A DNA stretch of 64,000 nt, taken from assembly GCA_964019425.1 (NCBI GenBank), contig OZ025795.1:558001-622000 (forward strand), given 5' to 3'. Below the pieces are notes generated by a model, which saw only the letters and a program-made list of their open reading frames with translations, searched no databases and had not been told where the DNA came from. Made by a program: the position numbers and the translations under genes. Shown piece by piece: positions 11,514 to 21,202 of this stretch (position 1 is its first letter; every line of letters starts with the position of its first letter). Source of the DNA: Flectonema sp. DT1601. Its lineage: Eukaryota.

Positions 11514-13490
11514 ATGGGAGGTACAATCGAATCTCTACTCCAACCGATAATACAACCAACCAACGAATTCCTTCGAGAAGTTGAAATTGGATGGTTTGAA
11601 ATATTTTTACTATTCGGAGCAGCGTATCTTCTCAGAACCCTTTGGAGATGGTTTCGCGGAACTCATCGAAGCACAGTCAGCAATGAATACGATTACATAG
11701 TAGTCGGAAGCAGTGCTGCCGGATGCGTAATCGCTAATAGATTAGTAAATAAAGGAAATCACAAAGTTTTGCTACTCGAGGCTGGAAACGACGACACTAA
11801 ACATGATATGATATATTACATTTCATACATGCATGATCTAGTTGGTAGCGCTGTTGACTGGTGTTATACAACAAAGTCGATCGGAACGATAAACGAAAAA
11901 GAAACAAAATCCCCCTTCGGAAAGGTGTTGGGAGGTTCAGCATCAATGGACGAATCGATCTACCAACGTCCACAAAAACATGAATTTGACTACTTGTCAA
12001 AGATTGGTGTCAGTGGGTGGTCTTTCAATGAGTGTCTCCCATACTTCACGAGGTCTGAAAAATCTCAAATTCAAGAAGTAAACAAACACCACAGCACTGA
12101 TGGCGAAACACCTGTTACATTTCCTCCTCTGAGATCACCAATTGGTATTTACTTTACTGACTCTGCTGCAAAACTTGGAATCAACAAACGACTTGATTCT
12201 AACGGAGCTCCAGGCTCAGGTATTTCCCCAGCTCAGGTAATGATTGATAAGAAGGGAATGAGAGCAACTCCTGCTACTAATTTTATTCGTCCAATCCAGA
12301 GAAAGAAAAACTTCACTCTCAGAACTGATGCCGAAGTAACACAAATCGTATTTGAAGGTACTCGTGCTGTGGCTGTGAAATGGACTGATTGTTGGGGAAG
12401 ATCTCAAACAACAAAATGTAAGAAAGAAATAATCCTATCTGCTGGTGTGGTGGGTTCTCCTAGTATTTTAATGAAATCTGAAGTATGTGAAAATGGAACC
12501 GTCGCAAACAATGTTGGTGTTGGAAAGAACTTCAGAGATCTACTTTCAGTTCCTTTGGTTTACCAAACAAGAAGAGGAATCTCATACGACACAAAGAACA
12601 TTCATGATATACAAAAGTGGGTTAGTTACAAACTATCAGGTACAGGAGAACTACTAACACCTGTTTGTGATACTTTATTATACTTAAGTAGTGATGATCA
12701 TGGTATTACTAAGTCATGGGATGAGGATAAGGTCAGAGCAGCTAAGAATGTTCAACCAAACTGTTTGGTAACGGTTCAACCGAGAGGAGGATTTAAAAGG
12801 TTCGAATTCATGAGGAGAGGAATTTCACAAAGAATTGGATGGTTTCAAGAAGCACTAACTGTCACTGTGACACCGTCACAACGAGCAAAACCTTCAGCTG
12901 ATCCTGAATTCGGAAATATCAAAGTCACTAAAGACGGAGAAAGTAAACTAACACTTTGCTGTGCACCTCCTCAACTTTCTGATTACGTTCTCACACAATC
13001 ACTTCCTATAACAAAATTAGCAAGAGCGATTCTAAACACTGAACCTGTTACTCACTTAACTCGTGAACTTGAATCTATCGATGTCACTTTATTAAAATCT
13101 GTTGAAGCTGAAGAAGCAGCTGACCTGGTGTACGGAAAAAAGGCTGCCCTCCGATCCCGTCGTCGTGGAGCAAATATCCCTGAAGACGAATTAGCAGAGT
13201 TGACGAAGATTCAAAAAGAGTTAGACACAGATGAATATCTAAAAAGTTATGCGAAGGAACATGGTCAGCCTTTCGGATGTCCTGTTGGAACCTGTTCAAT
13301 GGCACCACTTCAATCAAAGTCAGGAGAAGTACCTGCAGTCGTATCGAGTAAAACATTTGAGGTCAATGGCGTTACTGGATTACGTGTCGCTGATGCTTCA
13401 GTCATTCCAGTTCCTTTTGCTGCTCCTGGTGTAGCAACTGCTATGATGGTTGGTGAACGTGCCGCTGAGGCAATTCTCAACAGCAAATAA
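11514..13490 (+). CDS. GMC (glucose-methanol-choline) oxidoreductase family protein, choline dehydrogenase-like, with N-terminal transmembrane segment; active-site motifs degenerate
   Basis: YDYIVVGSSAAGCVIANRL..VLLLEAG, GKVLGGS, EIILSAGVVGSPSIL, GVGKNFRD, GLRVADASVIP and AMMVGERAA are present. The true ATG is probably 11514, after a poly-T-CAG|G site (11494). Confidence 0.88.
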   Translation: MGGTIESLLQPIIQPTNEFLREVEIGWFEIFLLFGAAYLLRTLWRWFRGTHRSTVSNEYDYIVVGSSAAGCVIANRLVNKGNHKVLLLEAGNDDTKHDMIYYISYMHDLVGSAVDWCYTTKSIGTINEKETKSPFGKVLGGSASMDESIYQRPQKHEFDYLSKIGVSGWSFNECLPYFTRSEKSQIQEVNKHHSTDGETPVTFPPLRSPIGIYFTDSAAKLGINKRLDSNGAPGSGISPAQVMIDKKGMRATPATNFIRPIQRKKNFTLRTDAEVTQIVFEGTRAVAVKWTDCWGRSQTTKCKKEIILSAGVVGSPSILMKSEVCENGTVANNVGVGKNFRDLLSVPLVYQTRRGISYDTKNIHDIQKWVSYKLSGTGELLTPVCDTLLYLSSDDHGITKSWDEDKVRAAKNVQPNCLVTVQPRGGFKRFEFMRRGISQRIGWFQEALTVTVTPSQRAKPSADPEFGNIKVTKDGESKLTLCCAPPQLSDYVLTQSLPITKLARAILNTEPVTHLTRELESIDVTLLKSVEAEEAADLVYGKKAALRSRRRGANIPEDELAELTKIQKELDTDEYLKSYAKEHGQPFGCPVGTCSMAPLQSKSGEVPAVVSSKTFEVNGVTGLRVADASVIPVPFAAPGVATAMMVGERAAEAILNSK

Positions 13491-14240
13491 ATTGACTAAA
13501 CATGGGTTGATATGCTGTGATCTATTATCTTTCTAACTTCGAACCTTTCTTATTGTATTGTTGAGTACATTTATTTTCTTATCATTTAAATGTGTTCCTT
13601 TTTGGGATTTCCCCAATTAGTTGGTTGGGAATTCGTGGCACAAAAAAAAAAAAAAAAAATTCAAGATTTCGATTAGTTAATTGTTATTGTTTTTTCGATA
13701 CTTTTTTTTAAAATTTTTAGTAACTTGTGAAGCTGAGTAGCAATACGCATATGTGTTCATAGTGTACATAGGATAGGTGAAACTTCGCACCTAATCATGT
13801 TACATTGTACCCCCAGTCGGCATACACTCTCTATTCCGACAACGCAAATGGTATTGCATTTCTTAATAATTGTAAAAAAAAAAAAAAAAAAAAAAAGAAA
13901 TATCGATGTAGTAGTTTTGTGTTAAGAAGCTATTTTTATGTCCCTTGCTGACATTTATTTTCCCCCTTTTTTTTTTGAGGGAAAAAATCAGCAACGAAAA
14001 AACGATGGGAAAAAAGAAAAAGAAACGAAGAAAAAAAAAAAGAAGAAATGAAATATTAACTTTCGGACTTATCAGGAAAAAAAAAAATTGAAAAAAAAAA
14101 AAAAAAAAAAAAAAAGCTTCATTAATAAGCATACATCACATTGCACTAACAAAATTACTTTATAAGTTAACAGGTTGCGGTGCTTTACTATGAGAAAGAA
14201 TCGGGAATAATAATCTAGATGGCTGTCAGAATAACAGCCA

Positions 14241-14334
14241 AAGAGAGACAAGTAGTATAAGATTAAGGCCTGAACCCTGCGTATTCGTATATTTTAATTT
14301 AGTACACTTTTTTTTATAATAAACTCATATTCTA
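14241..14334. repeat. Diverged, internally deleted second copy of the 41.8-42.2 kb repeat element
   Basis: Shares GACAAGTAGTATAAGATTAAGGCCTGAA (cf. 42048-42075) and CACTTTTTTT..ATAATAAACTCATATTCTA (cf. 41923-41951). Confidence 0.9.
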
Positions 14335-14355
14335 ACTAACATAACAGGATCAATC

Positions 14356-16533
14356 ATGCTCAGTGAAGATATATTGTTATCGGGAATACCCACCAGAATT
14401 GATGGTCCAACCTCAGTAATACTCTGCGATAGCTGTAAGGATATTGAAAACTTGGCTCAAGAATTAGACATGACTTCGGATTTAATTTATTTAGATAAGA
14501 ATACTGATAGTAAAGCAGCTATATCAGTAGTTGACAGCTCAATTAAAAGAGGGAAGTGGTGTATACTCGCTGATGGAATGAATGAACAAGTTTTGAGACA
14601 CATCTCGACTCAAGTTATCCCAAAACAAGTCCACGCCTTTCATGAAAAATTCCGACTGTTCACAATTGGAGGTAAGAACATAATCCCTCAGTACCCGACT
14701 CTATTCAGGTCAAGTATGGTTTATTACCAATCTCCATTACTGTGGGAACTTCACGCTCGCAGTCTCGCAAATGCCGTTGAAAACGCAAATGACTATCATA
14801 TTGAGAAAGAAAAAGAATTCGCTAAATATTTCACTCAACATGATCAGATTGAGTTGATGAGGAAATGTTCTCGTGAAGAACACATGTTAAGTTTAATTCC
14901 TTATTGTATGATTGATTCAAGAAGTAATGATGTCGGGATACTTGACATCGCTTTAGAGAAGAGATGGTCCAAATGCGTTGAACTAATCTGCGCCTCTGGA
15001 GGCAATTCATCGATGGTAGACCTTGCATACATGGCTTCTTCTGAAGAGTTGGAACAGCTACTCGAAGTGATGTTGTGCTCTCCAACTGAAAAAGTTCCAT
15101 TTGATGAATTGTGGGCTGCTCATAATGCTGCAGAAACTGGTAATGAAAAAGTACTCAGGATTATATTTAACGCACGTGCTGACAGGAGGTTCACATACGA
15201 CTGCTATCCATTAGCTGTAGCAATGTTGTATTCAAATGATGTCGCACAGCTAGTAATTGATAGAATGGAATGCGTTGGATATCCTCCGTTTAGAACTCCT
15301 GAAGTTGCTCTTTATTTCTTAACTGAGGTTTTAACAATGGCCAGTGATCCTCTACCTGAAAACATTGTTCACAGTGTGACTAGGTTTTGTCAATGTTTGA
15401 TCGATAATGAAGCAACTCCTTGTGTGATTAAAAGTAAACTAATATCGAAATCTCTCTCCTATCCTTCTCTTCTTGAAAAGCTTCTTGAGATTACTGATGT
15501 TCATGGGCAAGCATCAGAAATGATAAAATGGTACATGTCTGAATTGTGTACTCATCCTCAGGCGGAAGTCTGTTTAGTAGAGTATCTTAAATTAACTTCA
15601 CCAGGGTCTGATGAGAGATCTGACATAGTCAGAGAACTGATAACAAAGCCATCTGCTATAAAGTTGTTAGAGATATCATTGTTGGAAGTTGATGTTGAAA
15701 AACACATTATATTCAACGACGATTCCGGTATTGAATTACAACGAACACCTTTAATGTTAACAACTGAATACCCAGGATTCCCAGAAGCCTGTAAACTGAT
15801 AATCCAATTAGATGAGAACCCAAACAGTATAAATGAGAGCGGATTAAACGTTCTTCAACAACTGGTAGTTGACTGCTGTAGTAATCCATTACAATATGTC
15901 AATAGATTGGGTGAGTATGGTCAGATATGTAGATTGCTAATAGAATCAGGAGTTTCATCCATTCCCCCAAATTATGATCAGACCCCAGGATTCACAACTA
16001 CTCTTTCAAGCTACTGCGAACGATGTGATTTTGCGCCTCTCGTATACGAGCTTCTTCACGCAAAAGATGAAAGTAAAATGTTATTTATATCTGATGGCTT
16101 ACTGTCGTGTATTGTTAATTATACACTTTATAGTGATGCTGTTGGATGCCAAAGACCTCCTTTAGAAGATAGGTTCGAATCACCTTCTCACTTATACAGC
16201 GATCGTCCCTCTCTTCCAAAGATAACTTGCTTGGATACGATTGAGAATATATTTTCTTTTCTTGATTTTTATTCGATTTTTTCGTTTTCTTTGAGTTGTT
16301 GTTGTTACTATCTGACGTCGTTAAGAAACTCTTTATGGGATACTTTCCTTGATATTCCTTGTTGTTATGATAAGAGGTTTGTCTTATCATCAAAAGAGTC
16401 ATTTAAGTCTCAAAAAATGAACAAACCATGTCATCGCTGGATAAAGTGTTCCAAGGGAGATGGATATGAGTGTCTTTACACCGGGAAAGTCATCGGTAGC
16501 GAAGATGAACTTTCATCTATTCAGTCGGTCTGA
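14356..16533 (+). CDS. Hypothetical 725-aa protein: N-terminal dynein AAA6 (D6 P-loop)-like segment followed by degenerate ankyrin-like repeats
   Basis: Ankyrin-like segments are GILDIALEKRWSKCVELI, AAHNAAETGNEKVLRII, RTPLML and CRLLIESG. The N-terminus has GKWCIL..FHEKFRLF..YP, resembling GSWVLL..NPGFRLW..FP of dynein AAA6. Confidence 0.6.
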   Translation: MLSEDILLSGIPTRIDGPTSVILCDSCKDIENLAQELDMTSDLIYLDKNTDSKAAISVVDSSIKRGKWCILADGMNEQVLRHISTQVIPKQVHAFHEKFRLFTIGGKNIIPQYPTLFRSSMVYYQSPLLWELHARSLANAVENANDYHIEKEKEFAKYFTQHDQIELMRKCSREEHMLSLIPYCMIDSRSNDVGILDIALEKRWSKCVELICASGGNSSMVDLAYMASSEELEQLLEVMLCSPTEKVPFDELWAAHNAAETGNEKVLRIIFNARADRRFTYDCYPLAVAMLYSNDVAQLVIDRMECVGYPPFRTPEVALYFLTEVLTMASDPLPENIVHSVTRFCQCLIDNEATPCVIKSKLISKSLSYPSLLEKLLEITDVHGQASEMIKWYMSELCTHPQAEVCLVEYLKLTSPGSDERSDIVRELITKPSAIKLLEISLLEVDVEKHIIFNDDSGIELQRTPLMLTTEYPGFPEACKLIIQLDENPNSINESGLNVLQQLVVDCCSNPLQYVNRLGEYGQICRLLIESGVSSIPPNYDQTPGFTTTLSSYCERCDFAPLVYELLHAKDESKMLFISDGLLSCIVNYTLYSDAVGCQRPPLEDRFESPSHLYSDRPSLPKITCLDTIENIFSFLDFYSIFSFSLSCCCYYLTSLRNSLWDTFLDIPCCYDKRFVLSSKESFKSQKMNKPCHRWIKCSKGDGYECLYTGKVIGSEDELSSIQSV

Positions 16534-16725
16534 GAGCTTGTTGTATATAAGTTATTTTTTTAAAAAAAATTTAAGTTTTTTTTTTCTTAACCCCTATCCC
16601 TTTGTTTTTTTTTTAAAATTTGAACATTTACACCCTCCGAGCTGAAAATTTTTACTCGTAATTACCTGACTCTAAAAAAAATAAACCTTTTTTTCTTTCA
16701 ACAAAGATAAACACAACTACATAAG

Positions 16726-17895
16726 ATGCTGAGCGCTGAAGCAAAGCATCGCGCAGAAGTGAATGCCGGTGACTTGACATCTCTTGATTGGGATCGTATT
16801 GATGAATTAGCAACAGCTCACACTAAAGTACTTTCTCGTATTCCTTCAGGTAATGGTAAATTAATAACACCTGGTCTTAGAGGATACGTTGATAAAAGGT
16901 ATTGGAATAAAAGTATCAATACGGCAACCACAACCTTACCATCTGATCCTCCATCTCTCCCACGGATGCCTTCGACAGCTTTGCCTACAGCGGATAGTAG
17001 TGGCCAATATACATCTGTTCCTCATACTGGTAGAGATCAGTTTTTAAGGTTACCACAGCATTTAGAACAACATTCTCAAAGAAATAATGAAAACTCTCTG
17101 GGAGGTATGTTTCCCGATGAGTTCGAAGCAGTTTCTCGTGCAAAGAGAGAAGCCTACGCACCTCTTCCAGCACCCGTTGGAGCCGAACGATGGGAAATGA
17201 AAGGAGGAAATCCACGTCTGATTTCTGTTGAAAGTAGACAAGAAGCCTTTAATATGTTTGACTTAGATAACACTGGTTTAATTAGAGCGTTTGACGTATC
17301 AATCGCTATGCAAGCAGCTGGGTATAATATAAATCATGACTTAGCGAGCGTCGCATTACAGGCTTTTGGTATTGTTGCGGGTGCCAATATATCTCTGACC
17401 GAGTTTCATGCGTTGTGTGACTATCAAGAATCGGTTTTAAATTATAGCGATCCGGTGTCGGCTGAGAGACAACGTGCTACTCACATTCATCAAAATAGAC
17501 AGAAATATGCGAGAGAAAACCTACCAAATCATAAACAGTTAGTTGGATATCAAGAAGGAATGTTGTATGAACCGCCTCCATCAGTAGTGTCTTCACTTGA
17601 TAGTGATTTAGATTTAATTTCTGTACCTCCTAATCCTGGGCATCTACCTCCAGGTGCTGAATTATCAAATCAGCAATCTGCCTTTTCTATGTTTGATATT
17701 GACTCTTCTGGAACCATTTCAGTAGTAGATTTGCCGTCAGCTCTTAATGCTGCTGGCTTTATTAAAATTCATTTTAAACCTCATGTTTGTGATCTTCTGT
17801 CTACACTTGATATTACAAACCACCAGGTAACTTTTATTGAATATAAGAGAATGTGTACCCTTCTCGAAGAACAAGGGGCCAAGAAAAGAAAATAG
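16726..17895 (+). CDS. EF-hand (calmodulin/centrin-like) protein with two separated EF-hand modules
   Basis: EAFNMFDLDNTGLIRAFDV...ISLTEF and SAFSMFDIDSSGTISVVDL...VTFIEY. Confidence 0.8.
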   Translation: MLSAEAKHRAEVNAGDLTSLDWDRIDELATAHTKVLSRIPSGNGKLITPGLRGYVDKRYWNKSINTATTTLPSDPPSLPRMPSTALPTADSSGQYTSVPHTGRDQFLRLPQHLEQHSQRNNENSLGGMFPDEFEAVSRAKREAYAPLPAPVGAERWEMKGGNPRLISVESRQEAFNMFDLDNTGLIRAFDVSIAMQAAGYNINHDLASVALQAFGIVAGANISLTEFHALCDYQESVLNYSDPVSAERQRATHIHQNRQKYARENLPNHKQLVGYQEGMLYEPPPSVVSSLDSDLDLISVPPNPGHLPPGAELSNQQSAFSMFDIDSSGTISVVDLPSALNAAGFIKIHFKPHVCDLLSTLDITNHQVTFIEYKRMCTLLEEQGAKKRK

Positions 17896-18022
17896 AAAAA
17901 AAAAAACAACTCATCCTTTATTCCTGTCGGACTGTATCTTAAATATTCTCTCCATTCATATAACACTCATCATAATATACTATTAGCTTTTCTTTTTTTT
18001 TTTAAATTTGCATAGCATAAAT

Positions 18023-19042
18023 ATGACGGATAAAGAAGAAATTAACTTAAAGAAGAAATGGAGTGCAATGCAACGAGTTATTGCTGAAAAAGTAAAGTTA
18101 AAAGATGAAAGGGGATTATCAAAAATGCTAAAAAATGCGAAAGATCGAAAGAATAAAGATGGTAAGATAAAAATAGCAGGAGTTGATTTATCATTTCCAA
18201 AAGACAAACCTCGCAGAACACCAAATGGTGATGAAGACGCGGATACACTAGCAGCTATTGTCGTTATGGAGTATGGATACGGAGCTCCAGAAATTATACA
18301 CGAATCGTTCATGGCAACTAAATTAAAACAACCTTACATCCCTAACTTTTTAGCATTTAGAGAGGCTGATCCTTTGGAAAAACTTATTACACATTTGCGA
18401 GAAAACTTTCCAAAGGCTGTCCCCGACGTTATTCTTGTTGACGGCAATGGCATCCTACATACTAGAAATTGTGGTATAGCATCACACCTTGGAGTATCAT
18501 TAGATATACCCACTATTGGAGTGGCTAAGAAACTACTTTGTGTTCAGGGTTTAAATGATGATGACGTATGTCACGTTACTGACTCTCATATAACTGGGAT
18601 TAGAGGGAGAAGTCGATTTTTAAAATCGGAAACAGGACAGACTCTGGGAGTCGCGTACAGGAATAGCTCACCTGTGAAATCTCGAAAGACGAAGTACATC
18701 TCTCCAGGACATCTTATAAATATAAATACATCAACTGCTATAGTTGATTACTGCTGTGAGAGAGGATTATCTGAACCTTCACCCATCAGATATGCAGACA
18801 GACATGGACGGTATCTCTTAGATAAATATAAGTCTCCACGAAAGGCTCTTGACGGAATGGTTGACAAACCCGTGACGCCAGCTCCGGATACTTTCTCAAA
18901 TTGGACTTGTTTTGATGATATCGACCACACGTGTTTTTCATGTAAAGGTTCCTGGGTACTGGAAGCTGGAGAGCAAGAGTTTTACAGCTCGAAAGGAATA
19001 AGAATGCCAAACAAGTGCAAGCCTTGCAGAAGTCGTACTTAA
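18023..19042 (+). CDS. ENDOV: Endonuclease V (inosine-specific nuclease) with C-terminal zinc ribbon
   Basis: IAGVDLSF, PYIPNFLAFRE, PDVILVDGNGILH, GIASHLGV, PTIGVAKK, YISPGH and PIRYAD are present, with the catalytic D/E/D retained. First ATG at 18023. Confidence 0.93.
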   Translation: MTDKEEINLKKKWSAMQRVIAEKVKLKDERGLSKMLKNAKDRKNKDGKIKIAGVDLSFPKDKPRRTPNGDEDADTLAAIVVMEYGYGAPEIIHESFMATKLKQPYIPNFLAFREADPLEKLITHLRENFPKAVPDVILVDGNGILHTRNCGIASHLGVSLDIPTIGVAKKLLCVQGLNDDDVCHVTDSHITGIRGRSRFLKSETGQTLGVAYRNSSPVKSRKTKYISPGHLININTSTAIVDYCCERGLSEPSPIRYADRHGRYLLDKYKSPRKALDGMVDKPVTPAPDTFSNWTCFDDIDHTCFSCKGSWVLEAGEQEFYSSKGIRMPNKCKPCRSRT

Positions 19043-19424
19043 GACAGAAAAACGAAAATGACATTCTAATCCACGACCGGATGCAGTACGAATAGCAATA
19101 TGAATCTTTGGGGAAAAGAAAAAAAAAAAAAAAACGTCGTTCACATGCTCTTATTAATTGCAAATGCTTTTGTTGTCCTTCTCGAGTTCCTTTTTTTTTA
19201 TTTAGTATCGGTAACCCACAACTACTAACCTTTTATAATGTTGGGTTCGAATCTACTGCGAGGTGCTTTTCATTTAAACAATCGAATTATTTCAGCCACC
19301 TCTCACTACTAACAGCACTCCACTACATATGTTATGTCTCTCTTGTGAAGCAATCTTATTATTTTAATTAATTAATGAATAGCCTTCTCACAGATAAAAC
19401 AATAAAAGAAATTATATAAAAAAT

Positions 19425-20879
19425 ATGTCGGATGGGTTTCTTTCTATTTTAAGAAAGATTTGGTGGTGTATTCACAGATATTTGTACTGGGGAACTATAA
19501 TAACATTTTGTCTTGTATGGGGTCAGCTGACTGCTACAGCGTACATGTTATTTGTATTGGAAGTATTTGGTCCAAGAGAGAATGCAAAGTTTGAACTGTC
19601 AATGTTATGTATAGGTGTTGTTATGATTTGGTGGTCGTACAGCGCTGCAGTTCTAACGGTCGCTGATAAAGCTAAATACAATCCAGATGGAGAGGAAATC
19701 GATTCTGTTGGAAGATTGAAAGTTCCATTCACAGGTACCGTCTCATCACTCGTAACAGCAAAAGACGTCCTTCAATATTGTGAAAAGTGTGAAAGTTTTA
19801 AAGAACCACGTGCTCATCACTGCTCTCAATGTAATTGTTGTGTTACTAGACTTGATCATCATTGTCCATGGATTAATAATTGTGTTTGGTCAAGAAATTT
19901 AAAAGCATTCTCACTATTTGTTCTCTACGTTCCAATAACCTGCTCGTATGCTGCCTACCTGCTATCACCATTCTTGTGGAGATTAATATCAGACAGAAGA
20001 ATTACATATTCTATTTGGGCAACAATAGGAGGATGTTGGATATTTATGCTATGTTTAGGATTGTCAGTTGTGTTGTTATTCTTATTTAGAGATCAATACA
20101 CTAACATGATTACTAATATGTCGAATGTCGAAGATTACGTTTACTCTAAATCAGAGAATCGAAGATACAGAACTATTCTTCCTGACCTTCCATATCCATA
20201 CGACTTAGGATCGAAGTGGTTAAATATTAAGTCAGTTTTTGGTGAAAGTATATGGACGTGGCCATTTCCATTCATACCAAAACATCAAACGTATTGGAAA
20301 CTTACTACTCCAGAAATGGGTCAGTTCGACTTAAGCATGGAACAGCTATCTCAAAAAGCTGCAAAAGAAATGCAAACCCGCTACGGAACAGCAACAGAAG
20401 ACTACGGAGGCTTCAGCTCCAGATTCTCAGCGTGTAAACTTTTGGGAAGAAAAGGTTGCTGCAGACGTGAGATGTGTCAGGGACATTTATCATTTAAACA
20501 AGGAGATAAACTTATTTCATGGCGCAACAACCATTATTGGTCTCATGGATGTGTCGCTCAAGACTCAGATGAACCCCCAAAAAAAGCAAAGGCTGGATGG
20601 TTTCCAGCATCGTTACTATCGAGAGAAGTTCACAAACTACCTTTCGATGATTACTCCTTTCTATTACAAACTTGTTGGATTGTTTCATCCGGTGATGTCG
20701 TCAAGTTCGGAGCCCTCCGACTCAGCTACCTAACTTCTAAAGAGATGTACTCTTTTGAAAGATCTGCTGATAATAAACTTTCTATTCTCGGAATCACTTT
20801 AATATCACACACAGACGATGAACTGACATGGAGCAACGGAGACGTTTGGAAAAAAACGAAACTACCAACTTGGAAATAA
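19425..20879 (+). CDS. DHHC palmitoyl-S-acyltransferase with C-terminal SH3-like domain (ZDHHC6-like architecture)
   Basis: CEKCESFKEPRAHHCSQCNCCVTRLDHHCPWINNCV, four hydrophobic segments and PYDLG..NIKSVFG. The SH3-like part is LSFKQGDKL..YWSHG..GWFPAS. Confidence 0.92.
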   Translation: MSDGFLSILRKIWWCIHRYLYWGTIITFCLVWGQLTATAYMLFVLEVFGPRENAKFELSMLCIGVVMIWWSYSAAVLTVADKAKYNPDGEEIDSVGRLKVPFTGTVSSLVTAKDVLQYCEKCESFKEPRAHHCSQCNCCVTRLDHHCPWINNCVWSRNLKAFSLFVLYVPITCSYAAYLLSPFLWRLISDRRITYSIWATIGGCWIFMLCLGLSVVLLFLFRDQYTNMITNMSNVEDYVYSKSENRRYRTILPDLPYPYDLGSKWLNIKSVFGESIWTWPFPFIPKHQTYWKLTTPEMGQFDLSMEQLSQKAAKEMQTRYGTATEDYGGFSSRFSACKLLGRKGCCRREMCQGHLSFKQGDKLISWRNNHYWSHGCVAQDSDEPPKKAKAGWFPASLLSREVHKLPFDDYSFLLQTCWIVSSGDVVKFGALRLSYLTSKEMYSFERSADNKLSILGITLISHTDDELTWSNGDVWKKTKLPTWK

Positions 20880-21202
20880 AACACTATTCCAGGCAACCTC
20901 TGACCTCCAACAGAGTAATATATTTAATCTGCTGAAGAATATTATTTTATTCCTTCTTGGAACTGTTTCCAATACGCAACACAGATAGAGTAGAGAGAAC
21001 AAAAAAAATAAAAAAAGAAAAAATCTCGTTCTTGAGGAAATTACTGCTTCATCTATTTGCCATTATTAAAGACAAGTGATGCTCAGCAGTTATATTTTTT
21101 TATTGAAATGCAATCATTGCGACGTTGTAAAAATATCTTTTTTTATTTTCAATATTTCTTTTAAAAAAAAAACAGGCAGATTTTAGCACATGCGACACAA
21201 AA

